55,398 nucleotides of DNA, taken from assembly GCA_937995785.1 (NCBI GenBank), contig CALKJQ010000060.1, positions 1-55,398 of the forward strand, written 5' to 3'. Under the pieces are notes generated by a model. That model saw nothing but the letters and a program-made list of their open reading frames with translations, was not told the DNA's origin and searched no databases. The DNA comes from Candidatus Kapaibacterium sp. GTDB lineage: Bacteria > Bacteroidota > Ignavibacteria > Kapaibacteriales > UBA2268. Within the stretch, counting starts at the first letter, position 1; every line of letters starts with the position of its first letter. The position numbers and the translations under genes were made by a program. Below are positions 9,210 through 20,400 of this stretch, in pieces.

Positions 9210-11036
9210 CTATCTACTTTCGAGCTTAACTTTAACCAATTGTTCTTTGCCAGATCTTAAAAATCGGACATTGACCTCGTCGCCAGGTTTGTAATTATCC
9301 TTTAATATCGACATAAAATCTTGGATATTTTTGGTTGGGTGCTCGTCGATAGATAAAATAATATCGTTTTCCTTCAATCCTGCTTTGTCGGCAGGAGAAT
9401 TGGGGGATGCCCCCGCAATTTTCAATCCTTCTTTGCTTGTTTCGAAATTTGGAATAATTCCGAACTTAATTCCACCCATTCCTCGCCCTGATGTATTGCT
9501 TGGATCCATCGCCCCCGAAGTTTTTACATAAGTTAATTTTGATTCTTTATTGGCGGTTTCGACCACAACCTTAGTGAGAAAATTAATTACTTTTGCCATT
9601 CCATCATAGTTAATTTTGTCCCAATCGTCCGAAGGACGATGGTAATCTAAATGAACTCCAGTAAAAAACATAATAGAGGGCACACCTTTGATATAAAAAG
9701 AGGTTTGGTCGCTCGAACCAATTGGTGATTCGCTTTTGGTGATTGTTAGTGTATCTTGTTCGCTAATTTGAGTGATGATTTCATCTAACTCCGCTGCCGA
9801 ACCCGTGCCAATTGCATACAAAGTATTATTTTTCAATCGTCCTACCATATCTAAATTAATCATTAAAGATACTTTTTGAAGATCGATTGGCGAATTATTT
9901 ACGAAGTAGTTCGAACCAAGCAATCCTAATTCCTCACCGGTGAAGGCAACAAACAATACCGAGCGTTTAGCGGGATTTTGGCTAATTATTCTTGCTAATT
10001 CCATCATTGCTGCAACTCCCGAAGCGTTGTCGTCGGCACCATTGTGAACCATTGGCTTTTTACCCTTGTAATTCGAGGTTGGACCTCCATAACCTAAATG
10101 ATCGTAGTGGGCTCCAATAACAATAAACTCTTCTTTCAACTTAGCATCAGTTCCCTCGACAAATCCAACAACGTTTTCGGATGGAACGCGGTTTTCTTCC
10201 AAATTTACTTTAATGCTGATTGTCGAATTTGGTAAATCGAAACTTTTTGGCTTTTGTGTTTTGTTTATTTCAATTTCGGATGGAAATAGTGAATTGTTTG
10301 GGAAATATTCCGCAATTCTATTTCGGTTCACTTGTATCACGACTAAACCCGAATTTTGAGCAAATCTATCCCTATCCAATGGCACAAAAACATTTGCAGA
10401 ATCGCCTTTTATTTTGATGAAAATCACACCTACAGCACCTCGCTCGCGAACGTTTTGTAATTTGGATTGATACGAGATATAATTAGCAAATTTGCCATCT
10501 TCCTTCTCGCCTTCGGGAGAATTGGTAAGAATTATTGCTACTTTATTTTTAACATCAATTGCTTCATAATCGTCGTAATTTAATTCTTTGGCGGTAATTC
10601 CGTAACCACAAAACACCATCGAGGCTTCGATTTGCTTGTTTTCCGAAAAACTCATTGGCATCCAGTCCTTGCCGATTTCCCAAGTTTTCCTTACGGGGCG
10701 TACTTTGTCGATTGGAACGCCTGGCTTGGGTATTATTACACTAAAAAACACTTCGTTGCCTTCGCCCAATTTATAACCAATTCCCACATCTAATTTTTGC
10801 AAATAATCGTTGTTGAGTTTTTTTAGGTTAAACGCACCAAATTGATTGGCAATATAATCCCTTGCTTTGGCTATTCCTGTAGTTCCGGGATATCTTCCTT
10901 CCAGTTCATCGCTTGCTAAGTATTTTATGTGGTTTTGGGTGTATTGAGCAATTTGAGAAAGAAGGTTAGCCCACCCAAATATAAATACAAAAAGTAATAG
11001 AACGCTCGATTTAAGGTTAAAATGTAATTTTTGCAT
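9210..11036 (-). CDS. Secreted M28 family metallopeptidase with PA and C-terminal PDZ domains
   Basis: LASDELEGR, GAHYDHLG, NGADDNASG, GEELGLLGS, NLDMVG, SDQ, YHRPSD, PDZ-like SPADKAGL. N-terminal signal peptide. Confidence 0.92.
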   Translation of the reverse strand: MQKLHFNLKSSVLLLFVFIFGWANLLSQIAQYTQNHIKYLASDELEGRYPGTTGIAKARDYIANQFGAFNLKKLNNDYLQKLDVGIGYKLGEGNEVFFSVIIPKPGVPIDKVRPVRKTWEIGKDWMPMSFSENKQIEASMVFCGYGITAKELNYDDYEAIDVKNKVAIILTNSPEGEKEDGKFANYISYQSKLQNVRERGAVGVIFIKIKGDSANVFVPLDRDRFAQNSGLVVIQVNRNRIAEYFPNNSLFPSEIEINKTQKPKSFDLPNSTISIKVNLEENRVPSENVVGFVEGTDAKLKEEFIVIGAHYDHLGYGGPTSNYKGKKPMVHNGADDNASGVAAMMELARIISQNPAKRSVLFVAFTGEELGLLGSNYFVNNSPIDLQKVSLMINLDMVGRLKNNTLYAIGTGSAAELDEIITQISEQDTLTITKSESPIGSSDQTSFYIKGVPSIMFFTGVHLDYHRPSDDWDKINYDGMAKVINFLTKVVVETANKESKLTYVKTSGAMDPSNTSGRGMGGIKFGIIPNFETSKEGLKIAGASPNSPADKAGLKENDIILSIDEHPTKNIQDFMSILKDNYKPGDEVNVRFLRSGKEQLVKVKLESR

Positions 11037-11120
11037 AATGTTATAAATTTTTTTTGTAAAATTAAGGTTTTTCGTTTAAATATTCATATTTATCATTTCG
11101 ATGGATTTCGTATTATTTGT

Positions 11121-11160
11121 AAAAAAAAAAGCCAAACCTATTAGTGGATGGCTCTTTTTT
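11121..11160 (-). terminator. Probable Rho-independent terminator
   Basis: On the minus strand, an imperfect AGCCA...TGGCT stem followed by about ten T, just after the stop at 11180. Confidence 0.6.
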
Positions 11161-11179
11161 ATAATTAATGATTTACAAA

Positions 11180-11548
11180 TTACATTGTATCGATTAATTC
11201 CATAATTAAGATGTTGATACCATTAATTTTCTTAACAGTGCCAACAATTCCAACCTTTGCATTATGGGCATATTTAGCTAACTTCTTGCTTGCAAAAGTG
11301 CCATCTTCATTGTAAACAAAGTAAATTTGAGCTTTTTTGCCGGTGCCCGACATAAATACAAATGGAGTACCTTTGGCGGCTTCGGCTTCGGCGGCTTCTT
11401 TTGTCCATGTTTGGAAACTACCAATTGCTAAATCATTCATACTAACCACTTTGCCTTCGATTGGCTTATTGGATTTCTTTTGAGCATCCAAATTTGTAAC
11501 GGAAACAAATATTCCAAAGATTAACATTAAAATTAATACTTTCTTCAT
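11180..11548 (-). CDS. Small secreted hypothetical protein, possibly OB-fold
   Basis: Signal peptide ending LDA-Q, GGGAG RBS, beta-rich pattern (IEGKVV, VGIVGTV). Lies 12 nt downstream of the FN3 lipoprotein gene. Confidence 0.8.
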   Translation of the reverse strand: MKKVLILMLIFGIFVSVTNLDAQKKSNKPIEGKVVSMNDLAIGSFQTWTKEAAEAEAAKGTPFVFMSGTGKKAQIYFVYNEDGTFASKKLAKYAHNAKVGIVGTVKKINGINILIMELIDTM

Positions 11549-11560
11549 TGGTAATCTCCC

Positions 11561-12490
11561 TTATTTAATATTATTGTTGGATTGTTCTAATTCGCGAGTA
11601 ATTGCATAAGGAACGCCAGTTTTTTCTTGGTGCGAAACAATTAAAGTAATATAGCGGTTGCCAGATGCTCCTTGCAAGAAGTTGCCGCTAACATATTTAA
11701 TGAATACTTTTGCGTAGTTCCATTCGGTTTTACCCGCTTGTTTGTAGCGTAATGCGAAAGCAATATTTGTGTTGTATTTGCTCAAATCGATAGTTTTGGA
11801 TGCAAATGTTTTGGACGATAAGGCTTGGCTATCAAAAAATTCATCTAAGGAATTTATTCCAGTAATTACATCAGCGATTTCGGTTGCGGCAGTTGGGGTC
11901 GAACCGTAGTTATAGTCCAATTCTTTTGGTGAACCCAGAATTATGCCCGTCTTGGTGGATAATCCTAAAGTCCATTTAGAACCATCTGCAACTTTCAATG
12001 TTACGGGTTTTTTGTTTGTGCCATATAATTGCAAACCGCTACCAAAACTCGAAGCAGTTTCATAGATTCTTATGTCTGCATCGTTTTCGTTTGTTTCAAA
12101 ACGAGATGCAGGCGACCATTTAATTGTAGCCGCATCGGAGAGTTCTTCGTTTGTGAATTTTGCTTGCAACGAAAAAGTATATTCAATACCTTCTTCTAAA
12201 CCCGCAACAGTATAAGTTTTCTGACCTTTTGCAATTGCAATTGGTGCCATTGTGTTGCCACCTGTAACTTTCAAAACATAACCTGCAAACAATGCATCAG
12301 TTTCGGATGTGGATGAGGTCCACTTTAAAATAACTGAAGTTGAGTCTTTGCTTGTTGCCATTAATTGTGTTGGTGCATTTGGCTTGGGCTTCGTGTTGTT
12401 GTCGTCGGGGTTAGTAGTTGTGTCCTCGCAAGCCCAAAACATAAAAGCTGCAAAAAGAAAAGCGGTTAAGTATAATGATAGTTTTTTCAT
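11561..12490 (-). CDS. Lipoprotein with fibronectin type III domain
   Basis: Lipobox FWAC followed by acidic residues. FN3 pattern PNAPTQL, SVILKW, GY, GLEEGIEYTFSLQA. GAGG RBS. Confidence 0.85.
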   Translation of the reverse strand: MKKLSLYLTAFLFAAFMFWACEDTTTNPDDNNTKPKPNAPTQLMATSKDSTSVILKWTSSTSETDALFAGYVLKVTGGNTMAPIAIAKGQKTYTVAGLEEGIEYTFSLQAKFTNEELSDAATIKWSPASRFETNENDADIRIYETASSFGSGLQLYGTNKKPVTLKVADGSKWTLGLSTKTGIILGSPKELDYNYGSTPTAATEIADVITGINSLDEFFDSQALSSKTFASKTIDLSKYNTNIAFALRYKQAGKTEWNYAKVFIKYVSGNFLQGASGNRYITLIVSHQEKTGVPYAITRELEQSNNNIK

Positions 12491-12528
12491 AGAATACCTC
12501 TATTTTTTAGTTAAACAAAAATAATTTA

Positions 12529-13221
12529 TTACCAAGTTAATTCATTTTTTCTGTAAAAGTATTTACCGGTTTGTTCCATAGTGCCTTCGGTTGCTAACCA
12601 AACTGAAGTGTAAGCACCATCTTGGACGTCCATATCCGCATCCTTACCACCCATATCTGTTCGAACCCAACCGGGGTGAACTGAATAAACGGCAATATTA
12701 TGTTTATATAGTGCAGCAGCGGTTTGGCGGGTTAGTGCGTTCAATGCTGTTTTGGAAATACTATAAGCGGGGGAGTAGTTTTTCATAGATTTCAATTGAC
12801 CAAGAATACTCGATAAATTAATGATTTTTCCATTGGGATTAATTATCGGATAAAATTCTTGTATCATCATTAGCGGACCATATAAATTTGCTTTCAATGT
12901 AGTGTCAAGAACATCAATAGGCATATCCAAAACGCCAGTTTTATCGAGCATGATGCCAGCATTATTGATTAATACATCAATTTTGCCAACTTCTTGCTCT
13001 ATATGTTGTTTGGCTTGCTTTATACTTTCGTGATTAGTTACATCAATTTGAACAAAACGGGGCGATAATCCAATCTGTTGTAATTTATCTACTGCTTCCA
13101 TTCCTTTTGCTATATCGCGTGAACTTAGATATACATCGTAGTTTAGCTCAAGTAGTTGCTTGGCGGTTTCTAAGCCGATTCCTTTGTTTGCGCCAGTAAT
13201 TAGTGCAATTTTTTTGTTCAT
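12529..13221 (-). CDS. SDR family NAD(P)-dependent oxidoreductase, carbonyl reductase-like
   Basis: TGANKGIG, NNAGI, YSISK, HPGWVRTDMGG. Confidence 0.95.
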   Translation of the reverse strand: MNKKIALITGANKGIGLETAKQLLELNYDVYLSSRDIAKGMEAVDKLQQIGLSPRFVQIDVTNHESIKQAKQHIEQEVGKIDVLINNAGIMLDKTGVLDMPIDVLDTTLKANLYGPLMMIQEFYPIINPNGKIINLSSILGQLKSMKNYSPAYSISKTALNALTRQTAAALYKHNIAVYSVHPGWVRTDMGGKDADMDVQDGAYTSVWLATEGTMEQTGKYFYRKNELTW

Positions 13222-13286
13222 TAGCGATAATACTTTTTCATTAATAAATTGACGAATTTTAATTTTAATATTTTAAGTAATAATAC

Positions 13287-16193
13287 TTAATTAACCTCGC
13301 CATTCATTAATTGATTATATAATAATTCAATTGGATGTAAAGCCCTCTTGCCAGTGAGTTCTTTTATTTGATGACGGCAACTAGTTCCATTTGCCAACAC
13401 AACATCATCCTCTTGTAGTTTGTTGATGTAGGGTATTAGATTCAAATTTGCAATTTTAATCGAAATTTCATATTTGTCGTTTTCGTAGCCAAATGCCCCC
13501 GCCATTCCGCAACAAGTAGATTGGATTTGGCGAACTTTGTATCCCGTTGCTTTTTCAATCATTTGTACCAATGTGCCCTCTTTTGTTAAAGCTTTTTGGT
13601 AACAATGGGTGTGGAGATGAACTGTCTTGTTTTGTTCATTAGCTATTGCGTTTGGTTCAAAATATTTCAAGAAAAATTCATCGAACAATAAACAATTTTT
13701 GGCAAGTTGTTTAGCCTTATCATAAAGCTGTTCGCTCACCAATTCGGGATATTCATCTCGAAAAGTTAAAATAGCCGATGGTTCAATGCCTATTAGTGGT
13801 TTATCATTTGATATTATGCTATGGAGTAATTCAACATTTTTTTCGGCTACTGTTTTTGCCTTCTTTACCAATCCTTTCGATAGATATGTCCGTCCGCTTT
13901 CGATGTGATTAGGAATAATCACTTTGAAGCCCATATAATCCAATAATTTAATGGCTTTTATTCCAATTTCTGCATCATTATAATTCGTAAATTCATCGGC
14001 AAATAGATAAACAACTTTTTCCGTTTCCTTTGCAATGTATTTCTTCTTGTACCAATCAATCAATGTTTGGTTACTATATTTAGGTAAATTTCTTTCTTTG
14101 TTGAAGTTCAATAATTTAAATAAAATAGTTTTAACAATTGAATTTTGTAGAATAGAATTTGAAAAATCGGGGAAAAAAGATAGTAATCTATTTAGTTTAG
14201 GTAAGTAAGCTATCAGTTTCGAACTCATTGGAGTTCCGTATTCATCATAAAAATGTTGCAAAAATTCTGCTTTATACTTGGTGATGTCCACGCCCGACGG
14301 GCATTCACTTTTGCAGGCTTTACACGACAAGCATAGTTCCATCACTTCTTTAATTTCCGAAGATGCCAGCGGATTGGGTTTAGATGAATTAATAAGGATT
14401 TCTCTCAATATATTTGCCCTTGCTCGCGTGGAGTCTTTTTCGTTCAATGTTGCTCGGTAACTCGGACACATAACTCCGGCAAATCCGTTAGGTTTGCGGC
14501 AATCTCCCGAGCCATTGCAACGCTCGATGGCGTGGTGAAATCCATTGTCGCCCGAATAATCAAAATAAGTATTAATTTCGGGCAATTTAGTTCTATAATC
14601 AATCCTAAGAGATGTGTTCATCCGGGGGGCATCGACTATTTTTCCGGGGTTCAGTATGCCTTTGGGATCGAAGATTGCTTTTATATTTTTAAATAAATCA
14701 TAGATTTCGTCGCTATACATAAATGGAATTAACTCTGCACGTAGCCGACCGTCGCCGTGCTCCCCACATAGCGAGCCACGATATTTTTTTACAATTTTTG
14801 CCGTTTCCCAAATTACTTGACGGTATTGTTCCACTCCTTCGGGAGTTTTTAAATTTAATATTGGATGGAAATGCAATTCTCCGCTGCCCGCATGGGCGTA
14901 AGTTATAATTTTTATTCCCAACTTGTTCATCCGCTGAATGAGTTCCTTTGTGTATTCAGGTAAGTCGTGGATATCGACTGCTGTGTCCTCGATTACCGTT
15001 ACGCTTCGCTCATCGCTTGTTATGTTCGAAAGCAGTCCCAGCCCAGCCTTTCGCAATTCCCAAATACGATTAATTTCATTTCCTTTGATTATTGGATAAC
15101 AATATCCTAAGCCGTTTTCTTTAAGCAATCTAACCACCTTTTGCAACTTCATCTCTAATTCTTCTTCGGAATTGCCTGTTTGCTCTATTACCAAAATTGC
15201 TTCGGGATTTCCTTCCACAAAAAAATTGTTCCGCACCTGAATGGGATTTTGCTTAGATAATTCTATGATTGTGTTATCGATTAATTCCGAAGCAGTTGCT
15301 CCGTTTTCGATTGCTAAAATATTAGCTTTCAGTGATTCATATAAATTTTCGAAGTGGGCGGCTATAACTCCCACAAACTTCGGAGGTCGCTCCACAAGGC
15401 GAAGCTTTATTTCAGTCAGAAACACCAAAGTTCCTTCGCTTCCGGCTATCAAATTGCATAAATTAATTGGTTTGCCATTGTGGTTAATTAAGTCCGAATC
15501 GATTAGATAATCCACTGCGTAGCCATTATTTCGCCGTCTAATTGTAGGTTTTGGAAATACATCCTTGATAGTTTTTTGTAATCTATCATCAATAAGCAAA
15601 TCAATAATTTTGGAAATAATTTCTTTTTCTTTCCCATTCGATGTTTCAAACTCTTTTTTACTTAGCTGAGTAAAGTGCACTTCGCTGCCGTCGGAAAGAA
15701 ACCCTTTAACTTCGAGCAAATTTTCCCTTGTATTGCCATAAACGGGAAAGTGAGTTCCGCACGAATTATTGCCGACCATTCCTGCAATTGTATTGCGATT
15801 AGATGTTGATGTTTCGGGTCCCCAAAATAAATTATACGGCTCTAATTCCTTATTCAACACATCAGGTATAACCCCAGTTTCGGTCCAACAGTACCTATCT
15901 TGGGAATTAATTTCGATTATTCGTGTCATATATCGCGAAATGTCCACAACCAATCCATTACCAACAACTTGACCTGCAAGTGACGTTCCACCGCCGCGAG
16001 GGATTATAGGAATAGAATGTTCGTAACAAAACTTGATAATTGTTTTGATGTCATCTTTGCTTTTGGGGTAGGCAACCCCCAATGGTTTTTCGGAATAATC
16101 CGAAGCATCCGTCGAATAAAGCATTCTGTGAGTTTCGTCCAAATATAATTCGCAATTCAGAATTGATTGCAGATTATTTAATTTTTCAGGCAT
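13287..16193 (-). CDS. FAD-binding and Fe-S-binding oxidoreductase (YdiJ / D-2-hydroxyacid dehydrogenase-like)
   Basis: PRGGGTSLAGQ, GSEGTL, HAGSGELH, GEHGDG, CNGSGDC, CLSCKACKSECP and C-terminal CCGMAG. Confidence 0.93.
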   Translation of the reverse strand: MPEKLNNLQSILNCELYLDETHRMLYSTDASDYSEKPLGVAYPKSKDDIKTIIKFCYEHSIPIIPRGGGTSLAGQVVGNGLVVDISRYMTRIIEINSQDRYCWTETGVIPDVLNKELEPYNLFWGPETSTSNRNTIAGMVGNNSCGTHFPVYGNTRENLLEVKGFLSDGSEVHFTQLSKKEFETSNGKEKEIISKIIDLLIDDRLQKTIKDVFPKPTIRRRNNGYAVDYLIDSDLINHNGKPINLCNLIAGSEGTLVFLTEIKLRLVERPPKFVGVIAAHFENLYESLKANILAIENGATASELIDNTIIELSKQNPIQVRNNFFVEGNPEAILVIEQTGNSEEELEMKLQKVVRLLKENGLGYCYPIIKGNEINRIWELRKAGLGLLSNITSDERSVTVIEDTAVDIHDLPEYTKELIQRMNKLGIKIITYAHAGSGELHFHPILNLKTPEGVEQYRQVIWETAKIVKKYRGSLCGEHGDGRLRAELIPFMYSDEIYDLFKNIKAIFDPKGILNPGKIVDAPRMNTSLRIDYRTKLPEINTYFDYSGDNGFHHAIERCNGSGDCRKPNGFAGVMCPSYRATLNEKDSTRARANILREILINSSKPNPLASSEIKEVMELCLSCKACKSECPSGVDITKYKAEFLQHFYDEYGTPMSSKLIAYLPKLNRLLSFFPDFSNSILQNSIVKTILFKLLNFNKERNLPKYSNQTLIDWYKKKYIAKETEKVVYLFADEFTNYNDAEIGIKAIKLLDYMGFKVIIPNHIESGRTYLSKGLVKKAKTVAEKNVELLHSIISNDKPLIGIEPSAILTFRDEYPELVSEQLYDKAKQLAKNCLLFDEFFLKYFEPNAIANEQNKTVHLHTHCYQKALTKEGTLVQMIEKATGYKVRQIQSTCCGMAGAFGYENDKYEISIKIANLNLIPYINKLQEDDVVLANGTSCRHQIKELTGKRALHPIELLYNQLMNGEVN

Positions 16194-16245
16194 TTTCGAT
16201 TATTAATCATTATTTATTTCAACAAAATTATTAAAACAAAAATAT

Positions 16246-16275
16246 AAAAAAAACCACCAAAGAAACTTGATGGTT
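16246..16275 (-). terminator. Rho-independent terminator
   Basis: Minus strand AACCATCAAG-TTTC-TTTGGTGGTT followed by a T-tract, downstream of the stop at 16322. Confidence 0.7.
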
Positions 16276-16321
16276 CGAAAATTCCAACACAATATTATTG
16301 ATTATTTTGTTTATGAGGTTA

Positions 16322-17266
16322 TTATAGTAACCTTTTCTCGCCTTCTAAATCCCGATAAGGTTTTATGTCGTGCACCATTTCCACACATCCTTGATAGTTG
16401 CCTTTATCATCTCGGACAGCATAGTAGGAAATATGAACGAACATCGAATCGAAGTTAATCCAAAAATCAGCTTTATCGCGACTGCCTTCTTTCATTTCCG
16501 CTAAAATTTTATTTACCATATGAACACTTTTTTCGGGATGGCACTTTTGAACCGTTCGTCCGATAACCGAAAGTGAACGATGAAATATCTTTTTCTTATT
16601 CTGGTGGGTATAGAATCTCACAATATCGTTTTCATCAACAAACGAAAGCTCGACTGGCAAAGCATCCAACATATTAGTTATCACATCCAACTGCAATCCC
16701 GCTAACATATTTACCTTGCCGCCCGTCTGGTGTTCGAATGCATCAATCATATCGCTATAACGCATATATCCGTCTTGTCCGAAACGAGAAAAAGTAAACT
16801 CTTCGAACTTGTGTAGCAAGTCCACTCCATCTTGTGTAGAAAGTATCCTCTTGCCCATTGGGTAAAGAATATCATTTTCTTTCCATATATGATTTTTGGT
16901 CAGTTCCACATATTCTGCCGTTGTTTCTGTTAATTGAGGATTGAATGTATTGTTAATCTTAAATTTTGCAATCATCTGTTTGATTTCCGAAAGGTAATTC
17001 CGTTCGGATTTGTGTTCCTCCAGCATTACAGCAACTGGTCCCATTGGTGGCAAACCTCTCTCCAACAATAAAGGGAAATAAAATTGTTCTTCTTTTTGAT
17101 TATGGCACTCGTCGCCATAGTCTTCCAAAAATGTAATCAGCGATAATGCTATATCGGGGTTCATTTGCTCGCCCTTAGCAATCTCTTTTTCGAACATTAC
17201 TAATGCTCTTTCGATTAGAGTATGGTCGTTAATAAGATTATCCAAATAGCTTTGAATTGTTTCCAT
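16322..17266 (-). CDS. Hemerythrin-domain plus PAS-domain protein
   Basis: Hemerythrin ligands DH, HNQKEE, EEH, HIWKENDILYP. C-terminal PAS_10-like SFVDENDIVRFY...IGRTVQKCHP. Confidence 0.88.
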   Translation of the reverse strand: METIQSYLDNLINDHTLIERALVMFEKEIAKGEQMNPDIALSLITFLEDYGDECHNQKEEQFYFPLLLERGLPPMGPVAVMLEEHKSERNYLSEIKQMIAKFKINNTFNPQLTETTAEYVELTKNHIWKENDILYPMGKRILSTQDGVDLLHKFEEFTFSRFGQDGYMRYSDMIDAFEHQTGGKVNMLAGLQLDVITNMLDALPVELSFVDENDIVRFYTHQNKKKIFHRSLSVIGRTVQKCHPEKSVHMVNKILAEMKEGSRDKADFWINFDSMFVHISYYAVRDDKGNYQGCVEMVHDIKPYRDLEGEKRLL

Positions 17267-17345
17267 TTTTTATACCTTTATAAATAAGATAAAATAATCT
17301 TATTACAAAATTATAAAAAATTATACAATTAACAATAGAAATGAT

Positions 17346-17382
17346 AAAAAAAAACTGCCCCTTTGCAAGAGAGGCAGTTTTT
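17346..17382 (-). terminator. Rho-independent terminator
   Basis: AAAAACTGCC...GGCAGTTTTT inverted repeat with a long T-tract on the minus strand, 22 nt after the stop at 17405. Confidence 0.85.
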
Positions 17383-17404
17383 CATAATAATACGCTAATC
17401 TAAA

Positions 17405-20400
17405 TTAGGGCATATAAATGAATTTTTGAGTTAATGACTCTGAGCCATTTATTCTCAAAACGTAAGTTCCCGCAGATAATTGAACTGGTAGATTATTCAT
17501 ATAGAAGGAAATTGTATTGTAACCTTCACCAATTCTGTAATCGTTGGACCATTTAACTTCGCCATTCAAATCAATAATTTCAATTTTAACTGATTCGGAG
17601 GCAGGAGCAAACAAATCGAATACCAATTCATCGCGTACTGGATTTGGAGCAATTGAATTCATTTCGAAACGGTTGCCAACTACTGCAAAGTCGGTTTCGC
17701 GTGGAGTTGTGTAGATAACCTTAGGATTGTTTGTAGCACTATTTGGATTATAGAGTATCATTCCACTGTAATTTGCATAAGTAAATCCACGGAAGTAGTA
17801 CGCAGTATTTTGAGCTAAGTTGGTAACTGTTACGTTTGTTGCAGTTCCGTTCAAGATAACATAAGCGTTGTTGCCCAAATCATCACCCAATGGGAATTGA
17901 GTGTTGGCTGTGTAGCTTGTGTTATTTGTTGGAGTTGTTGGGGCAATTGAATTGCTTTGCTTAACTGCAATAATGTGTGCATCGCCACTACCAGCAGTGA
18001 ATTGGATTGTTATTGTGTTCTTGGAACGAGCAGTGAAGTAAATACCCGATACTTGAGTAGCAGGATAAACTGTCAAGCTTGCATAGTTACTGAACACATT
18101 GCCACAACCAGCGTTGATAGCTTCGCAGTAATAGTATCCAATATGAGAATATTGAATATTGTTCAAATTCAAAGTTGCAGATGTTGCACCCGAAATTGGA
18201 GTTCCATCATATCCCGAATTATCGTTGTCGTAATACCATTGGTAAGAAGTTGTGTTAAGAGCAGTAACGCTGAATGAAACATTGGAACCAACACCACTTG
18301 AAACGTTTGCGGGATGACCGGTGATGCTTGGTGGTGCAACAACAGTAACTGTAATATTATAGTTATTACTTACGCAAGTATTTGCATTGCGAACATTCAG
18401 AATTGCGTTGTATGTGCCGACTGCTGCTCCAGCAGGAACAGTAATTACTATTGGCGAGGTTGGCAATGAAGTCCAAGCAACATCAACAAAACCTTGTGCT
18501 TCAGCAGCACCATCAAAATTAATCGTGTAATCTGTTGGTGATTCAGTTGTTGCACTATAGGTTAAATTAGTAGATGTTGTTCCCTGGCATACTGATGGAT
18601 TAGTACCCAAAGTAATGGTTGGTAATGCATTGATTGTTACAGTAATGTTGTAGGCTTGGCTTTCGCAAGTTGTTCCGGAGTTTCTAACCTTTAACACGGC
18701 ATTGTAAACACCAGCAGGAGCAGCAGGTACTGCGATAGTAATTGGTGAAGCAGGTAAAGCTGTCCAACCAACATCAACAAAACCAGCTCCATTGGCTGTT
18801 AAATCGAAATCAATTGAGTATTGATTAGCACCGCCGGTGGTTGCTGAATAAGTTAAGTTGGCAGGAGTTGAACCAAAGCATACACTTGGATTAGCTCCTA
18901 AAGTGATTGTTGGTAATGGGTTGATTGTCCAACTTACGGTTGAAGTAACAGGAGTACAATGGTCAGCATTACGAGTTGTTCGAATTTCTACCTGAGTGTA
19001 TCCAGTTGTTGACAAGTTGTTGCCTGGTGTATAAGCCGACCAAGCACCTGCACCATTGTAGCGATATTCATAAGTATTTGTGCCATTACCGCCACTTCCA
19101 CCAGAGAAAGTAGCACTTACGGGTGTTCCGTCGCAAACGCTGGCAACATTAGGCGATTTTGTAATTGTTTGAGCTACTGGAATAGCTTCAACAGTCCAGC
19201 TAACAGTGTTTGTTGCAGGAGTGCAAGCAGATGCATTTCTTGTAGCACGAATTTGGATATTAGTTAATCCAGCAGCAGCTATTGGTGTTCCACCAGTATA
19301 TGCAACCCATGGAGTCCAAGTCATTCCACCATCAGCGGAAGTTCTTGATTCGTATGTGTTGATGCCATTACCACCACTACCACCAGTAAATGTAGCATTA
19401 ACTGAACTAGTGCCACAAACTACAGTTGTATTAGGTGATTTTGTGATTGTTGGAGCAACTGGAGTTGCTTCAACTGTCCAACTTGCTGTGTTAGTTGCAG
19501 GAGTGCAAGCGATAGCATTGCGAGTTGCACGAACTTCAACGTTAGTTAATCCAGTAGTGATAATTGGGTTACCAGCACCATAAGTAGTCCAACCGGTCCA
19601 AGTACCACCACCATTTGTGGATGTTCTGTATTCATAAGTGTTTGTGCCATTACCACCACTTCCACCAGAGAAAGTAGCACTTACATTAGTGCCTGCACAA
19701 ACGGAAGCAGTATTGGGCGATTTGGTAATAGTTTGAGCAACGGGAGTTCCTTCTACTATCCAGCTAACAGTGTTAGTTGCAGGAGTGCAAGCAGATGCAT
19801 TGCGAGTTGCACGAACTTCAATATGAGTTAGACCAGCTGCAGCTATTGGATTACCTGATGTATAAGCAGTCCAACCGGTCCAATTTACTCCGCCATCGTT
19901 TGATGTTCTATAATGATAACTATTGGTGCCATCTCCACCACTACCGCCCGAGAATGTTGCACTTGCGTTGGATGTTTGACAGACGTGTGTACCAGCTGGT
20001 GTTTTGTTGATTGTTTGAGCAACAGGAGTTGCTTCGACTGACCACATAACTGTGTTCCAAGCTGATGTAGCACAAATAGCGGCTAATCTACGTGTACGAA
20101 TTTGAACAACATTTGCTCCCGAAAGACCTGTTGTCGAGATGCTGTTGCCAGATGTATAAGTAGTCCAAGTACCGCCAGCATTGGTTGAATACTGAGTTTC
20201 GTCAGTTCCATTGCCACCTGAACCAGGAGTTAAAGTTGCACTTACGGCAGTTCCAGCACAAACAGTTGCAACATTTGGTGATTTAGTTAAAGTGCCGGCT
20301 ATTGGAGTTCCTTCGATTGTTACGGTGAAGCTATAAGCAGCACTTTCGCATAATAAAGCATTTCGAACTTTTAATGTTGCATTATAAACACCAGCAGGAA

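Noticed and set aside
18920-20308. Diversity-generating retroelement template/variable repeat pair
   Set aside because: The repeats are in-frame protein domains, the differences are not adenine-specific, and no reverse transcriptase is present.
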